Below are positions 1 to 10,565 of a stretch of 64,000 nucleotides of DNA, one piece after another. Origin of the DNA: Rebecca billardiae RCC1528. Its lineage: Eukaryota; Protista; Haptophyta. Position 1 is the first letter of the stretch, and every line of letters starts with the position of its first letter. The translations under genes were made by a program, and so were the position numbers. The notes below the pieces were generated by a model, which saw nothing but the letters and a program-made list of their open reading frames with translations, made no database searches and was not told where the DNA came from. The DNA is taken from NCBI GenBank assembly GCA_965240325.2, contig OZ251224.1:682001-746000 (forward strand), in the 5' to 3' direction.

Positions 1-231
1 CAGCACGGCCGTCACGCGCCGCGACAGGATGAGACTCGTCACGGAGAGTAGACGACTCTGAGACTCAGACCTTATTAATATAACGACTAGTCATCAATAT
101 AGCAGTCAGACGGTAGCTTGATGCAAGTGCAATTTGAATTACGTAACTCACTACGCTCAGCCGCCGACGAATAAGCTTTCCTTTCTGTGATGAGTCGAAG
201 TGCGGAGACCGAGACGTACTAGTGCGGAGTA

Positions 232-376
232 TACTCATTCTATGACGATTTAACGACACAGGTAGGACGACGCGGGTCTCCTGATTCGTCGGCGGTAGTG
301 CCCGATCGTCGACACGAAGTCGGCGTTGGTGGCAGAGCATAGCCTGCACCGCGATCGAAAAGCTTGAGCGCGGCCT
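232..376 (-). repeat. Dispersed repeat family A, copy 1 (inverted relative to 1787-1939)
   Basis: 232-376 (TACTCATTCTATGACGATTTAACGACACAGG...CTTGAGCGCGGCCT) is the near-perfect reverse complement of 1787-1939, differing by a few substitutions and two short indels. Confidence 0.9.
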
Positions 377-1262
377 GCGCGTACGTCGTCGTCGTCTTTC
401 AAATTGCGCGCGCGTCGCCGTACGACTACGAACGCCCACAGTCACCCCTAGTGAGGCCCTGACAAGCGGGCAGGCTCCGAAGGGCCGGCACGGGCGGACA
501 CGCTGCACGCACGCGGCACGTGGAAATGACCTTATTGACCTATTACTCCTTGCGCCGGTTGCGGGGGCACCCACAAGACGACTCGGGCTGATTCCGCTGA
601 TGATGATGCGATGCACGAGCTGCGGTCATTACTAGTGACGTATGCGCGAAGAGGCTTCATATATATGCATGATATTGTGTAAGCTAGCCAGACCCATGCG
701 CCGCGAGCAGCTCGGCGCGCGCAAAACGACCAAAAGACAATATCAACAATCAATATCGACGGCTGACGACGCGTGGCACCGCGACCACCGCGGTGGCGCG
801 CGCGGGCGTCGACGCCAGACGGTGCGCCTGGCTTCCGCTCGGCGATGGAGTGATGGGCGACTACGAGGGGGGGGGGGGACGACGGCGAGGAGCGCTGATC
901 CTGGTGCTTGTCCCTGCTGCCCGATCTGCTGCTACAGCTTGCTGACTCTGACGCCTGCCCGTTGCATGCGCCATCACGCCGTTAAATATAATAAACAATA
1001 AGGTTAAACAGCCTTGGCAAACATTTTTCTCGTCCGTCTTTGCTCTCAGACGCCGCCCGCAGGTCGGCCGGCCGGCGGGCCTCCACTGAGTCCACGGTCA
1101 TTCGGACAATACGACCAAGGGGACCTCCTAGCAGTTGGCTAATTGCTGCTTGCTGTGTGAATTTAGAATTGCTGATTGTGTAGGCTTCGTGCTCCCCCGC
1201 CGACCGCCCAGCGCGCAGCGCGCAAGCCGGCCCCGCCGGTTCGCCCGCCCGCCGCGCAGGGC

Positions 1263-1685
1263 ATGGACGCTGAGGTGCCGCAGGCAAACGACGAGCAGCA
1301 GCACTCTCAGAAGCGGAAGAAGAAGCCCCGGCGTGGGAAGCGCGGGCAACGGCGCGACGCCGAGGGCCGACGGATTCGTTCTCCATCGAGCCATCGCTCC
1401 TCGGCGAGCCGCGCCGTCAAGGAACGCCAGGCGCGCAAGGCGGCGCGCCTGGCGCCGACCGCTGCACCCAAGCCAGCCCCTGCTGCCCCCCTCCACGATG
1501 ACCGAGACTCGCCCCCGGGCGACGACTTGGACGACGAGGAGGCGTCGCCGCAGCGGGCGAAGCGCACCCTGGACGACGCCGCAGCGCCAGCCGCCGCCAG
1601 CCAGCCAGCTGGCTCGAGCAGCAAGCGCGTACGCGACCGCCCGGGGAGCACGGGGCAGGCTCGACCAGCTGCTACCAGCGGCTGA
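1263..1685 (+). CDS. Hypothetical low-complexity basic protein between the family A inverted copies (possibly element-derived)
   Basis: ATG 1263, 140 aa: MDAEVPQANDEQQHSQKRKKKPRRGKR... with an NLS-like basic cluster and an acidic DDLDDEE stretch. No recognisable domain. Confidence 0.3.
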   Translation: MDAEVPQANDEQQHSQKRKKKPRRGKRGQRRDAEGRRIRSPSSHRSSASRAVKERQARKAARLAPTAAPKPAPAAPLHDDRDSPPGDDLDDEEASPQRAKRTLDDAAAPAAASQPAGSSSKRVRDRPGSTGQARPAATSG

Positions 1686-1786
1686 GACTGCCAGCTGACA
1701 TCCGGACCTGCACTTTCGCCCTCGCTCGGGGCACAGCAGGTCCATGCGAGCCGCGCAGCGCGGGTGGATCGCGCTTCAGCAGCTCA

Positions 1787-1939
1787 AGGCCGCGCTCAAG
1801 CTTTACGATCGCGGTGCAGGCTATGCTCTGCCACCAACGCCAACTTCGTGTCGACGATCGGGCACTGCCGCCGACGAACGATCAACGAATCAGGAGACCC
1901 GCGTCGTCCTACCTGTGTCGTTAAATCATAGAATGAGTA
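1787..1939 (+). repeat. Dispersed repeat family A, copy 2
   Basis: Ends GAATCAGGAGACCCGCGTCGTCCTACCTGTGTCGTTAAATCATAGAATGAGTA. The same motif recurs at 232-290 (inverted), ~13335-13385 (inverted) and 13636-13650 (fragment). Confidence 0.9.
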
Positions 1940-2219
1940 GTACGTTGATGATCTCTTCCCGAGCGCCTGCAGAATTTCTTTAGGGGGGTATCCGAGGGGG
2001 AAAAACCGCATACGCCGTGTGCGTCTCTATAAATACGGCCCGCCATTCTGCTTAGTATGGGGGTCGTATAAATGTAGCTACGGGGAGCCAACTTTAATTT
2101 CTACTCGTCGTATCTTCGGGTACTCGAAATACTGCTATGGCAGGATATCGTAGCTGCTGCATCATGAACAGGCGCAGAGCGCAGGTACGCGCCGCTATCC
2201 GGCACCATCAGCATTCAGC

Positions 2220-2924
2220 ATGTGGATGGTGCTAGCCCCGCTCGTCATCGCCGCGAGCGCGTCGACGACGTGCCCGCCCGAGGGCTTCAAGTCGGTGGCT
2301 GACTTCGACCTGAACCGCTACGTCAGCGCACCGTGGTACCCGGTGGAGCAGCAGCCGCTGGGCTATCAGCCCATCTCGCAATTCTACTGCGTGCAGGCCA
2401 AGTACGAGCCGCTGAATCCTTCCGACTACTCCGAGGGCATCGCCGTGCTCAACTCGGCGCGCGACGGCTCGGTGACGGGGCCGCTGGTCGGCTCGACCGA
2501 TGCGACGGGTGGCGGCATCATCGCTTTTCCCGACGACACGTACTTTCAGGGCAAGCGCGCCGAGTCCAAGCTGCGCGTCGGGCCCTCGTTCTTCAAATTG
2601 CTCTGGGGCAGGCGCCGGCTGAAGACGCTCCTCTTCGGACCGTACTGGGTGGTCGCGGTTGACGAGGCCAACTACGACTGGGCAATCGTCACGGGCGGCC
2701 CACCGAACGCGGAGAGCAACGGCGCGTGCATCGCCGGCTCCTCGCTGAGCTTCCTGAACAACTTCAAGGTGAACGGCGTCGGGCTGTGGCTCTTCCACCG
2801 CAACCCGCAGCCGGGGTCGACGGCGGTGCAGGCGATGCGCGATGCGGCGACCGCGCTCGGGTTTGATGTGAGCGTGCTCCAGCCCGTCGAGCACGCCGGT
2901 TGCACCTATCCAGGCGACGAGTGA
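2220..2924 (+). CDS. Lipocalin-family protein (ApoD/Blc/CHL-like) with signal peptide
   Basis: Lipocalin motifs DFDLNRYVSAPWY, YCVQAKY, PYWVVAVDEANYDWAIV and GLWLFHR; hydrophobic leader MWMVLAPLVIAASA; single exon. Confidence 0.85.
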   Translation: MWMVLAPLVIAASASTTCPPEGFKSVADFDLNRYVSAPWYPVEQQPLGYQPISQFYCVQAKYEPLNPSDYSEGIAVLNSARDGSVTGPLVGSTDATGGGIIAFPDDTYFQGKRAESKLRVGPSFFKLLWGRRRLKTLLFGPYWVVAVDEANYDWAIVTGGPPNAESNGACIAGSSLSFLNNFKVNGVGLWLFHRNPQPGSTAVQAMRDAATALGFDVSVLQPVEHAGCTYPGDE

Positions 2925-3375
2925 GGCGAGTGACGATGATGGCTCGAGCGCGCGCTGCTGGGCGCCGTGCTGCCTTCATGACAAGGCTGGGCGTGTGTGA
3001 CGCGTTATGACGTGACGTCACGTCATGACGTCATGCCGTGACGCGAGGAATGGCGTAACGTGACGCCCGGACAGCGCCCTGCCCACGCCTGGCACACCCG
3101 GACTCACAGTAGTGCCACAGGCGACTGCGCGCGCGCGCGCGCGCGCGCGCCGCGTCGGCGCCGCGGTGCCGGGCGGCGGTGCAGCTCTGCCCCAACACCA
3201 GCTCGTGGATCCTCCAGCTCCACGGCCACATGGGTGCGGGAGCGGGAGCCCTCGCCTTTGGGCGACGAGCCCACCTCCTCTGTGCGGTCCGGCCAGCCGG
3301 AACCCGGCGCACTGGCCCTTACCCCTACCGCCTGGCGGGAAGGGAACCCCGATAAAACCGGTCAGCAACCCATTA

Positions 3376-3890
3376 CAGGCAATCGCGGGCAATAAGAAGT
3401 CAGAGATCTCACGGCTAGCCTCGGTTTCTTAGCCGTTCGGTAGCCCGAGCGCCTACGGAGTCTCAGTTTCTTAGCTAGGTCCGCCCGCCGCGCAGGCGCG
3501 GGGGGTGCAGGGGGGCAGAGCCCCCCGCTGAGTCTTTAGGCCCGGCCGGCGAGGCCGAAGAAAATTTTGGGCCTTTTTGGAGCAAATCTGGCATGATGTT
3601 GCATGGATGCTGCGGTGCACTGGCCAGGAGTCAGTCATCAGGAGAAGTCGGGACTTGGCCTGTACTCGTAGTCGGGCCGCGCGCCGGCGTCCCCGACGCG
3701 GGCCGACTGCGCCTCGCCCGCTCGGCGGACGACCACTCATCATCAGCCGGGACGACGTAGTCCCGGTTTCTTAGTGTGACTATGCGTATAGCGAACCAGC
3801 CAATCGCTAGTCTCAGTTTCTAGGCCAGATCCGCAGATAGCAAGCCCCAGTTTCTTAACGTGACAGCTCCTTATTGCCCGCGATTGCCTG
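3376..3890. mobile_element. 515-bp Tc1/mariner-type MITE
   Basis: Perfect 21-bp TIR CAGGCAATCGCGGGCAATAAG (3376-3396 / 3870-3890), with TA on both flanks (3374-75, 3891-92). Internal repeated GTTTCTTAG-like motifs; no transposase ORF. Confidence 0.85.
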
Positions 3891-4130
3891 TATCAGTATG
3901 AATAAAACTACCAATATTACAAGAATACATGCGTAATAACGGACGAAACGGTCCCCGCCAAAGGACGTGTTGCTATGCATGACGCGTAAATTACTATACG
4001 CGTAAAACGCATGACGTCGTCATGACTACGTGACGGCTAGAAATGGGCGTCATGACGCGTCTCGGCATAGCCCTGGCCTGCTTCATGATGATGATTGATT
4101 GATCATGATGCATGCGGCGCACTCGACGAT

Positions 4131-4134
<4 letters not shown>

Positions 4135-4218
<84 letters not shown>
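4135..4218. repeat. (GA)n microsatellite
   Basis: About 40 GA units with one interruption, just 3' of the ClC stop codon. Confidence 0.95.
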
Positions 4219-4267
4219 TCAATATACTACTGTACCCGTCCTAAGCTAAGTGAGAAAGTGCTGGCGA

Positions 4268-7200
4268 CTAGCTCATAGCTGCGCCTGATGATGAACCGTC
4301 CGCCACGGCCGCTGCCAGCGGCGCCTTCGGCTTGGCACGGCCCTGTCGGCGGCGCTCTGTGCACGCCTCGACCAGCTCGTGCAGCGTGATCACGCCCCGC
4401 AGGCGGCCCTGCGTCGTCACCCACACGTGCGTCGGCGCGAGCAGCAGGAAGAGGGCATGCACGTCGCGCAGCGGCGCCACGTGCGTTACCTGCAGCGGCG
4501 CGCCGTCCAGCTCGATCGACTCCCAGTCGGGCACCCGGCTCAGCTGGCTCGCCACGCCCTCGACGGCCTGCCCCGGCGGCGTGGGCGAAGCGTCCAGGCT
4601 GACGGGATGTGCGGTGGCGCACTGTGCGCACCCCGCACGTTCGGCGTCATGGCACGAGCAGGTGGGGCTCGCGCGGCCGGAGTGCTCGCGCTCGGCGTTG
4701 GTGTGCGCGTCGTGTTCCCCGTCCACGCTGCCGCCCACGCCCGCGTCGTCGTCGACGAGCTGCACGTACGCCGCCGGTGAGCCGCACGGGGTGCCGGGGC
4801 TGTGCATGCAGGCGTGCGCGCGCATGCTCTCGCGCACCGCCTCGTCGGACGAGGAGGTCGAGGCGGAGCGCGAGCGGCGCGTGACGGGCGTGCACGACGC
4901 GGACGCGCACGCGGACGCGCTTGCCGACGAGCACCGGCTGGCGCGCGGGGTGTCGTCGGCGACGGACGCGGCATCTCCGGCGCACAGCGCGCGCCACCAG
5001 CCATGACCTGTGGACGCCGCACTAGCCGCGCTCAGCCGCGCGCTCGGCGCCGCGCTCGACGTGCCGCTCATGCCTGCCATCGATGCGCCGTCCTCAGCGG
5101 CCGCGCACGCCGGCGGCGTCCCGAGCGCGCGGAGCACGGCGTTGCGCGGCGAGGGGAAGCGCGGCGCAGTGGGCGTGGCGCAGCACGCGCTGAGCTGCGG
5201 GTACGTCACCGCCAGCTCGTCTGGCGCGGCGAGCAGCAGCGCCTTGCGCCGCACCGTCGCGACCAGCTGCCCTCCGCGTGCCGAGTCGACCAGGGCAAGC
5301 ACCGAGTCGCGCGGGTGGGCGGCAAGCACCTCGGCGCAGCGCGCCCACGACATGTGCCGGTGGATGACGGGGAGGTGGCGCGCGTGGCGCATCGCCTCGG
5401 CGGCGCTGAGCGCGTGCAGCGCGTCCGTCTCGAGGTGCGGCATGAAGGGCAGCTTCTTGAGCACCAGGATCTGGTCGTACAGGCTGAGGGAGAGCAGGGA
5501 GGCCACGCCGTTGGCCACCACGACGGTCGTGAGGGCGAGGGGCAGCAACGGCTGCTGACCGAGCGCCTCGGCGATGACGAGGGCGGTGGAGAGCGTGCCC
5601 GTCGTGGCGGATGCTATGCCCGCGGTGCACAGCACGGCGATCAGCGCGGGCGACGCGTCTGCCGCCGCGAGCACGGCCGGCGCCGCCCGCTGCAGCAGCT
5701 CGCCGGCCGCGCGGCCGAGCAGCGCGCCGATCGCGCAGATCGGCGAGAAGCAGCCGGAGGCGACGGGCAGGACGAGCGAGACGCAGGTGAGGGCGAGCTT
5801 GGCGCACAGCAGCGCGAGGAGGATGGGGAGCCGCGCGGCGCTGCCCACCGGCGGCAGCCCCGCCTCGCCGGCCACGGCCGCGCCCTCCGCCCCGTCGAAG
5901 AGGTCGCGCAGCAGCGCCTCCGTGGGCGCGCGCAGGGGCGCGAGCCCGAGCGTGCCGAGCGCGCACGCGCATGCGACGGCGGGGACGAGGATGAAGCGCG
6001 CCGGCGGCTTGCCCAGCCGCAGCCGCGTCACCGTCGTCGCCAGCCGACGGAACGCCGCCACGAAGAGCGCCGCGCACAGGCCCATGCACACGCCGACCGC
6101 GGCCGCGAGCGCGAAGCGCGCGCACACGAGCCGCGCGCCGCGCGCCGTGCCCAGCTGCGCCGCGTCCGCGCCCGCGGCGACGAGCGGCGCGCGCGGCGCG
6201 AGCGAGAGGTGGCGAGAGGCGCCGGTCAGCTGAAACAGCCCTACCGTGCACAGCGCGCAGAAGAACCCGCCCCACAGCGACGGCACCAGGTAGTGCGTCG
6301 CCGTGACCTCGATCGAGAAGAGCACACCTCCCACCGGCGTGCCGAACGTCGCCACGACGCCCGCGGCGCTCGCCGCGGCGAGGATGGCCTTGCGCGCGGC
6401 GGGCTGCGCGCCGATCGAGCCGAACGCGCGCGTGCCGAGTAGCGCGCTCGCCGCGCACGCCGTGAGGTGCACGAGCGGCCCCTCGATGCCGATCGAGAGC
6501 CGCGCCGCGCGCGCGAGCACGAGGGCGAGCAGCTTGGTGCACAGCGTGCGCGCGCTGAGGTAGCGGTGCAGGTGGACGCCCGAGAGGATGGCGCGGATCT
6601 CAGGGATGCCGGAGCCCGTGGCGTGCTTTGAGAGCGTGAACGGCACCGCCGTCGCCGCGAGGCCGAGCAGCGCGTGCGCGCCGACCCACACGGGCGCGCT
6701 GCGCGCGCCCGCCGCGTCCACTGCCGAGTGCACAAGCACGGTGCCGACGCGCACGACGAGCGCGAGGGAGGAGGAGGCGAGGCCGATGAGCGCGAGGAGC
6801 GCAAGCGTGCGTGAGTGGTGTGGGTCGCCGAGCGAGTGCTGGAGCCGCTCGCTCCACGAGCCTCGCGCGAGGAAGCGGCGCGGCCGGCGCGCCTTTGGCG
6901 GCGGCAGCTCGTCCGCCTCGCGCTCGCGGTGCTCGATGATCTGCGTGATGGCGTCGAGGTAGCCGCTGGTGACCCAGTTGTGGGAGGGCGTCGGGCGGGC
7001 GCGGGCACGGATGAAGAAACCCGTCGGGCTCATGGGCGGGCTCGCGGCCGCGCCTGAGCACGAGCGCGCCCACGCAAGCCGCGCGCCGCGCCCCTCGGCC
7101 GGTGTGCTCGGCGGGGTGGGCGGGGTGGCGATGGCGCTCAACTGGGCATGCGCGACCACCGCCGCTGCAGCGTGAGCCACTTCGACAAGCTGAGCGCCCT

Positions 7201-7432
7201 CGCCCGCCTCGGCGAGCCGCTCCGCCCTCGGCGCGGGCGTCGGCTCGGCAAAGCTCACCTGTGCGCTTGCGCGCGCATGCGGGTGCACGACCGCCCTGCA
7301 CCCACGCAGCCCGCTGCCGGAAGAGCGGCTGACGCGCACGCCGGGCAGCTTGGGGGGAAGCTTGAGCACTCGCCCCCCGGCCTTGTCGTCCGGCGTCTTG
7401 CGGCGAAGGATCGAGCGTCCTGGAAGCGGCAT
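4268..7432 (-). CDS. ClC-family chloride channel with C-terminal CBS domains (ClC-1/2-like)
   Basis: Motifs GSGIPE, GIEGP, FGTPVGGVLFSIEV, SGCFSP and SLYDQILVLKKLPFMP, plus a split CBS pair. First in-frame ATG at 7432 (the ORF track starts at GTG 7528). Confidence 0.9.
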   Translation of the reverse strand: MPLPGRSILRRKTPDDKAGGRVLKLPPKLPGVRVSRSSGSGLRGCRAVVHPHARASAQVSFAEPTPAPRAERLAEAGEGAQLVEVAHAAAAVVAHAQLSAIATPPTPPSTPAEGRGARLAWARSCSGAAASPPMSPTGFFIRARARPTPSHNWVTSGYLDAITQIIEHREREADELPPPKARRPRRFLARGSWSERLQHSLGDPHHSRTLALLALIGLASSSLALVVRVGTVLVHSAVDAAGARSAPVWVGAHALLGLAATAVPFTLSKHATGSGIPEIRAILSGVHLHRYLSARTLCTKLLALVLARAARLSIGIEGPLVHLTACAASALLGTRAFGSIGAQPAARKAILAAASAAGVVATFGTPVGGVLFSIEVTATHYLVPSLWGGFFCALCTVGLFQLTGASRHLSLAPRAPLVAAGADAAQLGTARGARLVCARFALAAAVGVCMGLCAALFVAAFRRLATTVTRLRLGKPPARFILVPAVACACALGTLGLAPLRAPTEALLRDLFDGAEGAAVAGEAGLPPVGSAARLPILLALLCAKLALTCVSLVLPVASGCFSPICAIGALLGRAAGELLQRAAPAVLAAADASPALIAVLCTAGIASATTGTLSTALVIAEALGQQPLLPLALTTVVVANGVASLLSLSLYDQILVLKKLPFMPHLETDALHALSAAEAMRHARHLPVIHRHMSWARCAEVLAAHPRDSVLALVDSARGGQLVATVRRKALLLAAPDELAVTYPQLSACCATPTAPRFPSPRNAVLRALGTPPACAAAEDGASMAGMSGTSSAAPSARLSAASAASTGHGWWRALCAGDAASVADDTPRASRCSSASASACASASCTPVTRRSRSASTSSSDEAVRESMRAHACMHSPGTPCGSPAAYVQLVDDDAGVGGSVDGEHDAHTNAEREHSGRASPTCSCHDAERAGCAQCATAHPVSLDASPTPPGQAVEGVASQLSRVPDWESIELDGAPLQVTHVAPLRDVHALFLLLAPTHVWVTTQGRLRGVITLHELVEACTERRRQGRAKPKAPLAAAVADGSSSGAAMS

Positions 7433-7736
7433 GCCGCCGTGCGCCCGCGAGTACGTTCGAGGACCGGTCGACGCGAGTCGGCGAGGGGCGAGCAACCGCG
7501 CGACGAGGTGAATGCCAAATTCCTCCACGTTTGCTCATGAACAGCCAACGGGCAGAGCAAACGGGCCAGCACCGCACGCCTTGCGGAACGGAACTCGTCG
7601 GAAGTTCACTTGAATCACTTCGTTCCGCCTAAAGTGATAGGCGGGTAGACACCGCTTCGTCCGCTCCGCGTCAAAACTGAAAGGGAGGCGGGAAGCGCAT
7701 CACAGCAGCCAACCTGCCTGAGTGCCTGACGAAAGC

Positions 7737-9385
7737 ATGGGTGGTCTCCTCTCGACAGCTGTGGCGGGCGGTGGCAGGTACGTGGTGGAGCGCGGACGCT
7801 CGTGCCATGCGAGGGGCATGCCGGCCATCATCCAACGCGTCTATGCGTGCGCCTGACGCGTGCCTCCCTCCCCCCCCCCTCGCCCCTGCCCCTTCACGGC
7901 TGCCCGGCTCGGCGACCGCCCCGTGCGCAGCCTGGCGGGCTGCTTCGCGATGCGCGGCGTGCTCGCGCTCGTTGGCACGACGCTGGGCTCGTGCTTCGGA
8001 ACATGCTGCGCCAGCTGCGCGTGCAGCGCGTGCACGATGGCGTGCAAGGGCTCGGCCCAGGGCGCGCGCATCACATACCTGCTGCTCCTCGGCGCGGGCG
8101 TCGTGCTCGCACTCGTGCTCCGGTTCGCGCTCTCGCCGTCGATGGCGGCATGGCAGGGCGTGCAGCTCGTGGACGAGTGTGAGGGCGCCGTGGAGTGCAC
8201 AGGGAACGAGGCGGTGTACCGCGTCGCCGGCACGCTCTCCGCCTTCTTCCTCGCGCTCGCCGCCCTCTGCGCGTGCCCGGGCAACGTGGGCGCGTCGGCG
8301 CACCGCGGCTTCTGGGCGATCAAGCTCTTCGTGCTGAGCGCGGCGATCACGGGCTCGTTGTGGGTGCCGAACGGCGCGTTCGACGCGTTCGCCTCGGTCT
8401 CGCGCGTCGCGTCGGTGCTCTTCGTGCTGTACCAGGGCCTGCTGCTCATCGACTTCGCCTACATGTGGAACGCCAAGTGGGTGGGGCTGGACGAGGAGGC
8501 GGACGGCTTTGGCTGGCGCGCGGCCATCCTCGCCATCTGCGTGGCGCTGTTTGTGGCGAGCTTCACGGGGATCGGGCTGATGTACTCGCTGTACGCGGGC
8601 GAGGACTGCGGCTTCTCGAGCGCCATCCTCACCGTCACGCTGCTCTCCATCCTCCTCTTCACCGGGCTGGGCGTCTCGCCGCTCTCGCCGCACGGCGCGC
8701 TGCTGCCGTCCGCCATCATCGCCGCGGACTGCGTCTACCTCGCCTACTCGGCGCTCGCCTCCAACCCGATCGCCGCGTGCAACCCGTTCTCGGCGCGCGG
8801 CGACGACGAGACGACGGGCGGGCACGAGACGTTCCACCTCGTCGTCGGCCTGGCGATGGCGGGCGTGTCGATCGCGTGGAAGGCCAACTCGGCCGCGACG
8901 TCGGCACACCTCCTGCACGCGCCAGAAGCGCAGGTGCGCGCTCGCCTCGCGATGCGCGCGGGGCGCCGCGCCGCGCGCGCGCCGTGGCGCGACGCTGACG
9001 CGGGCGCGCGCCCGCGCGCGACGCGCGCGCGCAGGCAAGCACGCTCTTGCCGATCACGGTGAGCGGCGCGGCCGTGCAGACGAGCGAGGTGGCCGCCGCA
9101 AGCGAGGGCGACGGTAGCGCGGCGGCCGCGGCCGATGCGGACGAGGAGCCGCTCGAGTCGGACGCGGCCTTCTTCCACGTGATGATGGCGGTCTCGTGCA
9201 TGTACTTTGGCACCCTGCTCACGGACTGGGGCACCGCCTCGCCCGATCACGGCGACATCCGGCAGTACGACGTGAGCTGGGCGTCGGCGTGGGTCAAGGT
9301 GGGCACGCAGTGGTCGATTGTGGTCATGTATGTGTGGACGCTCATCGCGCCAGCGCTGTTCCCGGACCGTGACTTTGGCGCTTGA
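7737..9385 (+). CDS. SERINC: SERINC/TDE/TMS1 membrane protein; exons 7737-7777, 7931-8933, 9035-9385
   Basis: MG start, Cys-rich N-terminus, CTGNEAVYRV, HRGFWAIK, LLLIDFAYMWN, FFHVMM..SCMYFGTLLTDW, WVK and YVWTLIAPALFPDRDF. GT-AG introns 7778-7930 and 8934-9034 join the exons in frame. Confidence 0.9.
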
Positions 9386-9953
9386 CTCGTAACTGTACAT
9401 ATCACGGTTACGACGAGTCAGTCAGTCTGACAACTCCAAGGTGTACCCGCAGTCAGTCAGCGAGCTTAGCAGGGATGCCACCGTCGCTGATAATAAGCTG
9501 TCAGCCTGACAGGCCGCACTCCGCGGGGACGCGGCGCGGACCGCGCCCGGGGGCCGCACGGGCGGGCCACTCAACGTGGCTACTCCGTACTGCCGTCGGG
9601 TCTAGTCGGTCAGGCAGTCAGTGACTAGTGACACAGTGGGCTCCGGCGAACGGCGGCAAACCGTGAGCCCGGGCACTGCCTGTCCCCTCACTGACGACTT
9701 ATTTTGATGGCTTGATTAGGTCATCGTCACTCATTGATTACGCTTAATGCTCCTATTTACGGGTGACGGGTGTAGTCAGAATCAGATTGACTGATTATGG
9801 CTCGCTCCGCCAGCTTATTCCGAAATACCCCCTATGATCATAGTGCGACCGTTGGCCCATCAGGCTGACTGCGAGATTGAGTCATATTTCAGGGCTAGCT
9901 TCGTCTCTCTGCGATTCTGAGATGATTTTAAAAAGTACCCCTAATCCCTATAC

Positions 9954-10152
9954 CAGGGGCGTTCCCCGCACTGGTCCTACGCCAAATCGAACTGCCGCGT
10001 TCCTATTGAAATTGGCTTTCTCTATTTCAAGCGGGTAGTACATTTGATATTACGGCCCGCGCCAGTCCGGCCCGTACGGCCATGCCCCGGCCCCAGGGCC
10101 GACGGGGGGCATGCCGTTCGGAGCGTGAGTGGCAGGATCTGCCGGGAACGCC
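9954..10152 (+). mobile_element. Repeat family B, shorter copy (inverted relative to 13259-13619)
   Basis: 9951-10064 matches the reverse complement of ~13513-13622, and 10064-10152 matches the reverse complement of ~13263-13333. Ends are CAGGGGCGTTCCC...GGGAACGCC. Confidence 0.75.
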
Positions 10153-10565
10153 AGTGCCCAGTTGGTGCATACCCGCTGGGCCCCAGCCCGGTGCCGTCCA
10201 CTCGACCACGTCCCGCAACCCCGTGGGCCCTCGGACGGGCCGCGGGGCTAGTGAAAATGGCCTGGCTTCGTGCCAGAGCCCGCGGCAGGCCACTCCGGGG
10301 CCCGAGCGGCGAGCTAATGCGGCGCTGTGCCGCGCATCAGTACCTGAGACCAGAAATGGCAGTAGTGAGTAGAATTCAGAATAAGTTATTCACATCCGAA
10401 TACATTTCCCATAATAATCATCGTGACCCGGCTCAGTCACGATGGGCGCTGCCAGTACGAGTCGCCGTCTGGTCGCGCGCAGATCTCTCGGTCGGCGCGG
10501 CGGCCGCGGGGCGCGGCGGTGCCTCCTCAGTCATATGACACTGAGCCACCGGGGCGCGGCGCGGC

